Shown: positions 56,194-64,000 of the stretch, piece by piece
How positions within the stretch are numbered: the stretch's first letter is position 1
How the letters are laid out: each line of letters opens with the position of its first letter
Source of the DNA: a virus
Lineage: Duplodnaviria > Heunggongvirae > Uroviricota > Caudoviricetes
DNA length: 64,000 nucleotides
Strand: one strand, 5' to 3'
IMG/VR virus record: IMGVR_UViG_3300014208_000025
Span: 52,967 to 116,966 of that record
The notes under the pieces: model-generated
Told to the model about the DNA's origin: nothing
Seen by the model: only the letters and a program-made list of their open reading frames with translations
Databases searched by the model: none
Position numbers and translations under genes: made by a program

Positions 56194-57924
56194 TCATCCC
56201 ACTCCCTCAAAGGAAGTGGGTTTTCTGGTGACGGAAAGATAAATGCTTGTTATTTTTGGATTCTTAACATCATACTTTTTGTGTAAATATGATTTAACTT
56301 CTTCCAATTGTTTAGTTGATGGATATTCCCACCAAAACAATTCATTAACATCAGACCTATAACGCCAACGAATCATTGTACTCAAATCCTTATACAACGA
56401 TTCGTGATCCGATGTTAACTTTCCCGTGAATTTTTTAGAACTAATATTCAATTCGTTGTCAACAACACCAATTAAAATATACGATGTGGGATCAATTTTT
56501 TTAGAATGTATTTCTTCTAATTTTTCAGGATGGGAGTCATACCATGTAGGCGTTCCGTAAATGGATTTACCTTGTCCGGCCCGCACGGTATCTACACTTG
56601 CCATTACTACTTGTTTTGGTCTTTGAGTTACACCTAAATTCTTCCGCAACCATTGCAGGACTTCTTCCTTTTCATCCTCTTCGGGAGTATCCCACCAATA
56701 TAAAATATTCAAATCGTAACGAAAACGCCATGATCGGTATTCTTTAGAATGATAATCGGGGAACAATAACATATGACCTGCTGCTTTCGGAGTTGCCTTT
56801 CGACCAACCACTTTCAATTTTGGTGTTACGATTCCAACGTAAAGATTTCCAACCCCTACATTTTCATTAATGCGATGAGCCGAAATAAAAAAATCCATTC
56901 GACTATATGATTCTTTGGGATTAACTACTCCGTATTTGTTACGAAGGTAATCCAAGGTGGTATCTCGTATATCGACTACTTTTCGAGTATCTGCAATTTG
57001 GCGTATGTCTGTTTGCCACCAATAGAGTGTATTATTAGATGATTTGTAACGCCAATGAATTTCAATGTTGTTAGTGTCATAGTTGGGAGAATGGAGATTT
57101 TCATGATGCACTTTATCACCAATCATATCTTTTTGAGCCATCACTTGAAAACTATCATTTGTTATTCCTACTACAAGAAACGGAGGTTTTTCTACACCAA
57201 CTTCCGTAATACTAACTGACTTGTCATAAAGGGTATTGATGGCATCCTTGAGTTTGGTGATGACTTCTGTGTGCCGTAACGCTTTGAAGACAAGATTTTC
57301 TGTGCTGAATTCACCCACTTGTTCCAGTCCGGCGTTTCGATAGTTCTTCAACGCCTTCATCAATTTCTTGAGTTTTTCAACATCCCGATCCTCCACAAAT
57401 TCGTCAACCATCTTTTTGATTTTACGATACTTTTCTTTAATTTTTTCTTTGTCAATGTCAATCTGTTGACGGTCAGGGGTCTTCAACCAAACACCCTTCA
57501 AAAGGGAATAGATGGTTGACCCCTTACGAGCTTGAGCGGGAGTGCTATTCTTTTCCGTCTGATCTTGAAGATAGACTTCAACAGGATGACCCTTGATAGA
57601 GATTTCGTGACTATTATTCCAACCAGCGCCCAACCCATCCATGAATTGGCGAGCATGTTCGGGAGCAATGTTTTCCTTGGTAATGTCAACAATAATATGC
57701 AAATCAAGGTCGCTAGTCGGTGTCCAATTGTAATTGGTGGTTGACCCAAGAAAAAGAATATCAATGATGGGAGCTTTGAGTTTTGTGTTCCGATAGAAGT
57801 CCTGTGCCACTTTCAGCAGACTAACCTTGACATCAGGATTGAGAACTATGTTTTCATCCCAAATTTTCGGGTCAAGAGTGCTATTGTAGATTTTAAACTT
57901 TACTTCTTGAAGTCCGGCAATCAT
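56194..57924 (-). CDS. Pol-beta-superfamily nucleotidyltransferase followed by three WR[YF]...WW repeats; last 14 codons IS-derived
   Basis: LGSTTNYNW...SDLDLHIIVD, VEVYLQD; three repeats. Confidence 0.8.
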   Translation of the reverse strand: MIAGLQEVKFKIYNSTLDPKIWDENIVLNPDVKVSLLKVAQDFYRNTKLKAPIIDILFLGSTTNYNWTPTSDLDLHIIVDITKENIAPEHARQFMDGLGAGWNNSHEISIKGHPVEVYLQDQTEKNSTPAQARKGSTIYSLLKGVWLKTPDRQQIDIDKEKIKEKYRKIKKMVDEFVEDRDVEKLKKLMKALKNYRNAGLEQVGEFSTENLVFKALRHTEVITKLKDAINTLYDKSVSITEVGVEKPPFLVVGITNDSFQVMAQKDMIGDKVHHENLHSPNYDTNNIEIHWRYKSSNNTLYWWQTDIRQIADTRKVVDIRDTTLDYLRNKYGVVNPKESYSRMDFFISAHRINENVGVGNLYVGIVTPKLKVVGRKATPKAAGHMLLFPDYHSKEYRSWRFRYDLNILYWWDTPEEDEKEEVLQWLRKNLGVTQRPKQVVMASVDTVRAGQGKSIYGTPTWYDSHPEKLEEIHSKKIDPTSYILIGVVDNELNISSKKFTGKLTSDHESLYKDLSTMIRWRYRSDVNELFWWEYPSTKQLEEVKSYLHKKYDVKNPKITSIYLSVTRKPTSFEGVG

Positions 57925-60074
57925 TACTTCTTTCGTTTCTGAAACAACATCCGTTCCAAAACATTCTTGGTTCGGGAAATGGTTTCTTGGGTCACACCCA
58001 AAGAGGTTTTTTCTAATGTATTATCAGAAACGCTTTTTGGGGTGCCACGATGAAACTTAACCAACGTCTCAGCATATTTATTAATCTCTTTGAACTTATC
58101 CAACGCTTCACGGGGAGACATTTCCGATGTCCGTGAAACAGCCGCATGAGAAATGGCGGCGATACTATTGATAAACTGTTGTTCTTCTTGTTCAGAATAT
58201 TCCTTCAAGACTTCATGTACCGATTCTTTGAGCATACTATGGAGTTTATCCTTTGAAGTTGACCCTTTGGCTTCATACAATGGTTTGCCAAGAGATATGT
58301 TATCTTGTTGTTTCTTCTTGGCTATATTCCAAAGATGCATGGCATTACGTCGGTTATATTCTCCACTTGGAACCACATCCCCAACTTTGTAAATAAATCC
58401 GTAATTTTTTAGAGGTTCGCCAGTGTATTTATGAAGACCATCAAGATTGTCACGTTCCCATTCTTTTACAGTATCGTATTGTTTCAAAGTTTCATCGGGT
58501 AATTGCCAAGTAGTTTCTTTAACCAATCCCTTTGATTTGGTGATGGTGGATTTCTCGTTATCGGGATTCCATTTGTGGCCACACTTGCATTGGTGAACCG
58601 TAGGATTTGATGAATTCAAAACTTGGCCTTCGCCTGCCTTGGCAACCATACCACACTGAGGACATTTCTCACCGACATAATCATCCACCCATTTTTCGTA
58701 ATCGGCATTTTCCGACATGCCGCCACCAACCGATGGCAATCCTGCCATTGAATCGGGTTTACCACCCTTGTATAAATCAACCAAGTTTTTGTCCGAACCG
58801 GGTTCGGTTGCACGACCTGTTGGGCCTTCTTTGTTTGTGTCTCCCGAAGTGTTACCTATGTCGGCCCACATTTCCGATACAATTTCATTGATAATATCTT
58901 TGATGATTGACTTTACTTCTGATTCAGTAATGGTTTCAAACTTCACCGTCCATCGAGCGCCTCTGAAAGCTTTCTTGGGGTCTTTGGACATATCTCCAGC
59001 ACCGTAACCTTCTCTGAATTTCATATTAGAATATTCGTTTCCTTTTATTCCATAATACCCATCATAATATCCTTGTGAATATGCTTTCTGGTTTGGGGAT
59101 GGGCCAGCTTTTAATCCCAGCGGTTTTTGACTTAACGATTTATCAGTTTTGCCATTTTGTAATCCGTCTTCATATGCGGAAACTGGAGATACCCAATCTG
59201 TTGATGCTTCGTTTGTAGTTTCTTTGTAACCAACCGGCACTTCGGCCTTGGAATTGGAATCACGAATAAACGCCCGAATACCACCTTCGTAATGTTGTTG
59301 AACACCACGGAGGATTTCTTCATCACTCATATCAGGAAGGTCTTCATCGTCTTTCCATTGACAATCGGCAGCCCAATCACGCATCTGTTTAATCAGTTCA
59401 GGATTTTCGGTCGCAAAGCGAATGACAGAGCCGGGAGCACCTTGAGCGATAATAGATTGACCAGACGAAGTTTGAGTGTGGTTGACTTCTGTTTTGACTT
59501 CTTTGTAATCATGTATTCGCGGTGTAGTTCCAAACCGTTTCCAATCAAAATTAAGACTTGACGGATCGTGAACACCTTCCGGCTCATCATCTAATTGGTC
59601 GTGTGGTTCTTTTTTCTTCTCAATTCCATCCGGGTCCCGCCGTTGTTTTAACTTTATTATTCGAGACATTCCGTAGCCTTCTTGTAATTCCTCGTTTTCA
59701 TAATATTCCCAAGCATCTTTGATCGGAGGTTTGCCTTCACGTTTTCTGAAATCGTTAGCTTGTTGAATATGATATCCTCCGAATTCTTTGTTAAAAACAC
59801 CGATTAACACTTTTAAGTCGTTAGTTTCCTTAACTCTTTTGGCAATAGCTTTTCTCAAAGCAACAATCAACCTCAATGATGGGTCATCAAGATTAGCAAT
59901 ATCCAGCATTTTTAGATACAAATCATTTCCATCAGCACTCACTACTTCTGGAGTGGAGTCTTCCATGCTTTCTTCAAAGGGAACATCATAACCTTCATTG
60001 GTCAATTCTTCGGTTACGATTTCTTTCAAAATTTTGTTTAGTTCAGATGATTTCATATGGCATTTTTGGTTCAT
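57924..60074 (-). CDS. Large modular protein, putative head-packaged polyprotein
   Basis: Three amphipathic helix/E motifs, repeated E-GY[GD] junctions, CPQC..CKC finger. Confidence 0.7.
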   Translation of the reverse strand: MNQKCHMKSSELNKILKEIVTEELTNEGYDVPFEESMEDSTPEVVSADGNDLYLKMLDIANLDDPSLRLIVALRKAIAKRVKETNDLKVLIGVFNKEFGGYHIQQANDFRKREGKPPIKDAWEYYENEELQEGYGMSRIIKLKQRRDPDGIEKKKEPHDQLDDEPEGVHDPSSLNFDWKRFGTTPRIHDYKEVKTEVNHTQTSSGQSIIAQGAPGSVIRFATENPELIKQMRDWAADCQWKDDEDLPDMSDEEILRGVQQHYEGGIRAFIRDSNSKAEVPVGYKETTNEASTDWVSPVSAYEDGLQNGKTDKSLSQKPLGLKAGPSPNQKAYSQGYYDGYYGIKGNEYSNMKFREGYGAGDMSKDPKKAFRGARWTVKFETITESEVKSIIKDIINEIVSEMWADIGNTSGDTNKEGPTGRATEPGSDKNLVDLYKGGKPDSMAGLPSVGGGMSENADYEKWVDDYVGEKCPQCGMVAKAGEGQVLNSSNPTVHQCKCGHKWNPDNEKSTITKSKGLVKETTWQLPDETLKQYDTVKEWERDNLDGLHKYTGEPLKNYGFIYKVGDVVPSGEYNRRNAMHLWNIAKKKQQDNISLGKPLYEAKGSTSKDKLHSMLKESVHEVLKEYSEQEEQQFINSIAAISHAAVSRTSEMSPREALDKFKEINKYAETLVKFHRGTPKSVSDNTLEKTSLGVTQETISRTKNVLERMLFQKRKK

Positions 60075-60273
60075 TACTATAAATAGTGATTTGCAACTCA
60101 TTTATCAATACAGATTACTGTATGATATTAAAATAACAATTTTTAACTTGACACCATTCCGAATTCCCATATTCTGTACTTCCTGAAAAGCTGGACTGCT
60201 TACTGAAAGACAAAGCTAAAAGCTAAAGAGGATAATAAAAGAGTACAAGTTAAAGCTGTACACTGTACAAAAA

Positions 60274-60480
60274 TCAATCCGACAGTAGTATTTTGACGTG
60301 ATGAGTTAAAATGCGATGTCGGATTTCTTTAACGTAGTCGGGATATTCAACAGAATTTATTTCTTCCCAAGCACTGGAACTATTGGGTTGACCATAACTC
60401 GGTCCTTCCCGAGTATGCTCCAAATTGTTGTCATTGTATTCAACAAATTCAGGAGCATTCAATGAATTTTTATGCTTCAT
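60274..60480 (-). CDS. Hypothetical protein
   Basis: Co-oriented short ORF. Confidence 0.4.
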   Translation of the reverse strand: MKHKNSLNAPEFVEYNDNNLEHTREGPSYGQPNSSSAWEEINSVEYPDYVKEIRHRILTHHVKILLSD

Positions 60481-60577
60481 AACTCACAGGAATAAATAGT
60501 TTTGCCGTGTATGTTAATAAATGATTTCAGTCCTACCAGTAAAACTTTTTTTGAAGATTTTAGAACGTTTTGATTTT

Positions 60578-61798
60578 TTACAGTATAGAAAAATGTTCTC
60601 TCGGTAACGGTTTGGTCAACGCCAGTTTGGCGGGCAAACCAAGTCGTCTGGAAGATTCCAATTCATTGGCCACTGATTTTCCGGTACCATCCTCGGAGTC
60701 AACAATCAAATAGTTCAATGGAATATGTTTTACTTTTACAATTGTATCTTCACCTTTTTCATTAGCAAACCAACGGGCATCCTCACTATCTGTCGTCAGA
60801 TACAAATACTTCATTTGACCTAAATTTCCTCCTTGATTCCATTTGTTCGGTTGCCAACCATTAACTACCAAATTCTTACCACTAGATGCCGATGTTCCAT
60901 GATACATGGTCATGGTTGTGGATTTGGATTTGACAACTTCCAACAATTCAATTTCCTTTGCGGTATTACCATCACGCAATGTATATTTGTTTTCAATGGC
61001 GAAATTCTTCAACTCACGTATTTGTTTTGATGTAACTGTTTGATTGATTCCATACGTGAAAAACAGAATACGATTACCCGTATCAACGGTTACACGAACA
61101 TATCCTTGATCGCGAGCTATCTCATAAACATCTTCGGGTTCCAGAAGAGAACCATAAGGGTCAATTGGATAACCGTCGTCATTTACTTCATAACCATCTG
61201 GAAATTGTAGAGTATCAATGACCCATTGAATGTGGTCGTTTACTTCAATCAACGAACCACCTTCTGACAACCAATAATTTTTGATTCCCGAACCAATCCA
61301 TTCCGTTAAACGTTCCGCTCGGGAATTACGGGCCACAATATCTTCAAGTTTTTTACCATCATGTTGCAGCAATGCCTTCAATCCAAAATGTAATGGTTTT
61401 GGAAACTGACCAAACTTAAACCATTTGAAACCGTCAATTTCCCACTCGTTAGCTTGGTTTGGTCTTGGAGTAAATTCATCATCCACTACAATTAGAAAGT
61501 TGTGATATTCAAACCCGGATGGATGTTTGAAAACATAAAGTGGTATGATTTCTCGGATGGTGTTAGAACTGACTCCCGTTTCTTCTTCAAACTCATTCAG
61601 AGCTGCATCTTCGGGTGAAAGTTCAGAATCAATTGCTCCGCCCCAAGTTCCCCATGAATTCGGTTCTTCAACATTTTCACTACGAAGCTGTATCAACATC
61701 CGACCCGTAGTTCGAGCCATAATAAGCGAACCAGCACCCCGCCGGCCCCAAAAGCCGGTTTCTTCTCGTGCTCTATCATGTTCTAGCTCGTCGTTCAT
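60578..61798 (-). CDS. Nudix hydrolase + unknown domain + ADP-ribosyltransferase-like domain
   Basis: GGAIDSELSPEDAALNEFEEETG (Nudix box); MYHGTS...YLYLTTDSEDARWFA (ART). Confidence 0.75.
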   Translation of the reverse strand: MNDELEHDRAREETGFWGRRGAGSLIMARTTGRMLIQLRSENVEEPNSWGTWGGAIDSELSPEDAALNEFEEETGVSSNTIREIIPLYVFKHPSGFEYHNFLIVVDDEFTPRPNQANEWEIDGFKWFKFGQFPKPLHFGLKALLQHDGKKLEDIVARNSRAERLTEWIGSGIKNYWLSEGGSLIEVNDHIQWVIDTLQFPDGYEVNDDGYPIDPYGSLLEPEDVYEIARDQGYVRVTVDTGNRILFFTYGINQTVTSKQIRELKNFAIENKYTLRDGNTAKEIELLEVVKSKSTTMTMYHGTSASSGKNLVVNGWQPNKWNQGGNLGQMKYLYLTTDSEDARWFANEKGEDTIVKVKHIPLNYLIVDSEDGTGKSVANELESSRRLGLPAKLALTKPLPREHFSIL

Positions 61799-62421
61799 AC
61801 TTGTCGTTCCGCGTTGATTTGATGTGTGATTTTCTGGTCAGTCACATTATCATCTACTATTACATATTTGACAAAAATCGTTGACCCCGGTAGGAAACGT
61901 ATCTCTTGTTCCAAGTCTCCAATGGACATGTCCATTCTTGCATGAATCGTTCCCGGCCAATCCACAACATCTAAATCAATATTCGCTTCATAGACACAAG
62001 TGAAATGTGGTTCGCCAATGTGTTCGCCCCAATGAGCTTCAGCAGCCGTATCTACAATGGCCCAATAAACACCAAGCGGATTCAACTTTCTTGGGTCGAG
62101 AGTTCTTGGAATAACGATTTCTCTCCAACAAGGTTTTCCATCCAAATATTTGTAATCCAATAGGATATCCTCATAACGATTCAATTGCTCCCCACGAATT
62201 ATTGCGTCGATTTCATCATCATCAATTTTATGTTGATGGTCATTACGAATGTAATCGACTTCTGCTTTGTAACCGTCTGACATTTGAATATCACGCCACA
62301 CTTTCTCAAAAGAGGGCACCTTATTGGAGCTCTTAATGTGAGCCTTTTTCAGCAAGGTATCCTTTTTGAATTCCTTCTGTTTTTTGCTTCCTTCAAACAG
62401 TATAGATTTAAGTTTTATCAT
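61795..62421 (-). CDS. Putative ADP-ribosyltransferase-fold protein
   Basis: CWRE...LGVYWA...AEAHWG...EQEIRF; N-terminal MIKLKSILFE. Confidence 0.45.
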   Translation of the reverse strand: MIKLKSILFEGSKKQKEFKKDTLLKKAHIKSSNKVPSFEKVWRDIQMSDGYKAEVDYIRNDHQHKIDDDEIDAIIRGEQLNRYEDILLDYKYLDGKPCWREIVIPRTLDPRKLNPLGVYWAIVDTAAEAHWGEHIGEPHFTCVYEANIDLDVVDWPGTIHARMDMSIGDLEQEIRFLPGSTIFVKYVIVDDNVTDQKITHQINAERQV

Positions 62422-63488
62422 ATCTGTTTTAACACTTTTATTTTTGGAATTCCACGTTGCACAGCAGCCGCCAAACGATGTCCGCCATCAATGATGGTGT
62501 TATCCTTCTCTACGACAATTGGCGGGAACTCTCGTTGTGACCCGGCCAAAACATCCACCTTAGCAGGTTCAACATGCCATTCACTTTCAGGAATGGTATT
62601 TGGGTCAACCTCAATACATTTGAAGATACCCGTAACTCTATGGTCATCTGCAAATTCACCGTGTTGGCCGTAGATGTAATCCAACACGTCACCATCGGAA
62701 TAATACTTACCCACTTGAAAATCGGTAGCTAATGGATGTTCGGAAACACTGTATCCACCCTTGTCCTTGAATCTGTGTAGAATCTTTTCAATCTCCATCT
62801 CTTTCAAAGTATCTAACGATTCTTTGAGAAATCGTTTTGTATTTTCAGACAATTTTCCAGGAATGATAATCCCTTTTACATCCATGTCTCGGAGTTTACT
62901 TAACGTCATTGTTCCACCTTCCACAAACCATTTGGCCATAGCTCCTGACCCATGAACGAAGTTTAGAATTTGGTCAATGGCAATCAAACGTTCTTCATCG
63001 GTATCAGACTTGTAACCCTTTTCAAGAAGTTTGTATAAGCTACGTGAAGCATCTGAATATCTTCCCAAGCCCGGACCTTCCCAATCTATTGAGCTGCGAC
63101 CCCAATCAACATTGGACCGGTCAGAAATGAACACCGCCCAACGTTCCCAATCTTTCCGTGTAATGTCTTTGTATTCGTCATGACCAAAAAATTCAGGTTC
63201 CTTACCATCGGTGATGTCAGTTTGAATGATAATTTTGAGAACACAATTCTTCACAATCTGCCAGATGTTTTCCAATTTTTTTTCGTCAATCCTTCCATAT
63301 TTGGCATAGGTGTTCCAGACAACAATCAAATCACGAGCCGGAATCAACTTCCACGATTGATGTTTTTGGCCGGAAAACCATTCATTCTCAATTTCTTCTT
63401 TCACATCCTCAATATCAGTCATGAAGGTTCTATCATCTATAGACTCTTTGATAACATTCAAAATAGTAAGTTTTAGAGTAGGATTCAT
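62418..63488 (-). CDS. Two-module protein with C-terminal ParB/sulfiredoxin-like domain
   Basis: FPPIVVE...IIDGGHRLAAA..RG; junction FLKESLDTLKE. Confidence 0.7.
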   Translation of the reverse strand: MNPTLKLTILNVIKESIDDRTFMTDIEDVKEEIENEWFSGQKHQSWKLIPARDLIVVWNTYAKYGRIDEKKLENIWQIVKNCVLKIIIQTDITDGKEPEFFGHDEYKDITRKDWERWAVFISDRSNVDWGRSSIDWEGPGLGRYSDASRSLYKLLEKGYKSDTDEERLIAIDQILNFVHGSGAMAKWFVEGGTMTLSKLRDMDVKGIIIPGKLSENTKRFLKESLDTLKEMEIEKILHRFKDKGGYSVSEHPLATDFQVGKYYSDGDVLDYIYGQHGEFADDHRVTGIFKCIEVDPNTIPESEWHVEPAKVDVLAGSQREFPPIVVEKDNTIIDGGHRLAAAVQRGIPKIKVLKQI

Positions 63489-63925
63489 TAGATAACCTTG
63501 ACTAGTTTTTTTGAAATGACTTGTTCAGTGGGATTCGTTATAACTACCGAAATGTTCGACCCCTGACGAAATCCATGTGAATGTTCAATCCGATTGGTGT
63601 AAGCATAGGAATTGTGTCGGAGATTTGTGGAATCTTCAATATGTGGGTCTTCATCAAATAAAACATCGGAAATACTTCCAAGTGATACTTCCAATTCATA
63701 AACATAGAACTTCTTGAATTCGTAGTGTTTTTTTGTTTTCATATTCTTAATAATATCCATTGCTTGTTGAATTGACCCCACATGTAAAGAAGCATCATAC
63801 GGTTCAAAATTAGAACTCTCCGAAGCATGGTAACACATAATCGTTTTGGCGTGTCTCAATTGTTGAAATGTGGTCAACGGATTGAGTTTCAAACCCTCAC
63901 ATAGAAGTGTTGTCAACTTTACCAT
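63488..63925 (-). CDS. Putative ADP-ribosyltransferase-like protein
   Basis: CYHAS...F...LHVGSIQQA; N-terminal MVKLTTLLCE. Confidence 0.5.
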   Translation of the reverse strand: MVKLTTLLCEGLKLNPLTTFQQLRHAKTIMCYHASESSNFEPYDASLHVGSIQQAMDIIKNMKTKKHYEFKKFYVYELEVSLGSISDVLFDEDPHIEDSTNLRHNSYAYTNRIEHSHGFRQGSNISVVITNPTEQVISKKLVKVI

Positions 63926-63951
63926 ACAAATAAATATGAAATCAAATCAAC

Positions 63952-63984
63952 AAAAAGACCCCCAACTTTCATTGAGGGCCTTTT
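63952..63984 (-). terminator. Rho-independent terminator of a gene ending at or beyond the window edge
   Basis: Minus strand AAAAGGCCCTCAA-TGAAAG-TTGGGGGTCTTTTT; both mismatches are G-U pairs on this strand only. Confidence 0.7.
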
Positions 63985-64000
63985 CGTTGTGTTTAGTTAA

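Larger units (their letters stand above)
54505..56238 (-). mobile_element. IS200/IS605-family element (tnpA + tnpB), complete
   Basis: Left end follows TTTAT, hairpin GTCACC..CCCACT/AGTGGG..GGTGAC (56186-56232); right-end hairpin ACCCACC/GGTGGGT (54512-54535) ending GTAGTTCAT. Confidence 0.9.

Noticed and set aside
1-64000. tRNA, rRNA genes or CRISPR arrays
   Set aside because: None seen by eye; intergenic gaps are short. tRNAscan-SE and CRT would confirm.
1-64000. Stop-codon reassignment
   Set aside because: Conserved genes are full length under code 11, and TAA, TGA and TAG all end genes at expected positions.

Overview
A 64-kb segment of a large, AT-rich myovirus (jumbo-phage-like, standard genetic code; host not identifiable from sequence). 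1-11.4 kb (+): glycosylation island (GT2-type transferases, nucleotidyltransferase-phosphatase-kinase fusion, epimerase, two methyltransferases). 11.4-38 kb (mostly -): replication and nucleotide genes (dNMP kinase, clamp-loader small subunit, class II RNR, DnaB-type helicase, 5'-3' exonuclease, RecA, gp32-like SSB, compact PolA), three free-standing Mom/DUF4338-like GNAT genes, and a MoxR-type AAA+/vWA pair whose ATPase gene is cut in two by a GIY-YIG endonuclease. 38-53 kb (-): contractile-tail module (hub, LysM, gp48/54-like, tape measure, chaperone pair with a candidate +1 frameshift, tail tube). 54.5-56.2 kb: complete IS200/IS605 element with resolvable ends. 56-64 kb (-): modular proteins (nucleotidyltransferase + 3 novel repeats, Nudix + ADP-ribosyltransferase, more ART-like and ParB-like domains) punctuated by an amphipathic helix/x-x-E motif, suggesting capsid-packaged, protease-processed effector polyproteins. 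Eight homing-endonuclease-like genes are present. Two promoter classes are visible: sigma70-like promoters, five giving apparently leaderless mRNAs, and a TAYKTAT motif before structural and mobile genes. No tRNA, rRNA or CRISPR array seen. Family calls come from motif recognition by eye, not database searches.
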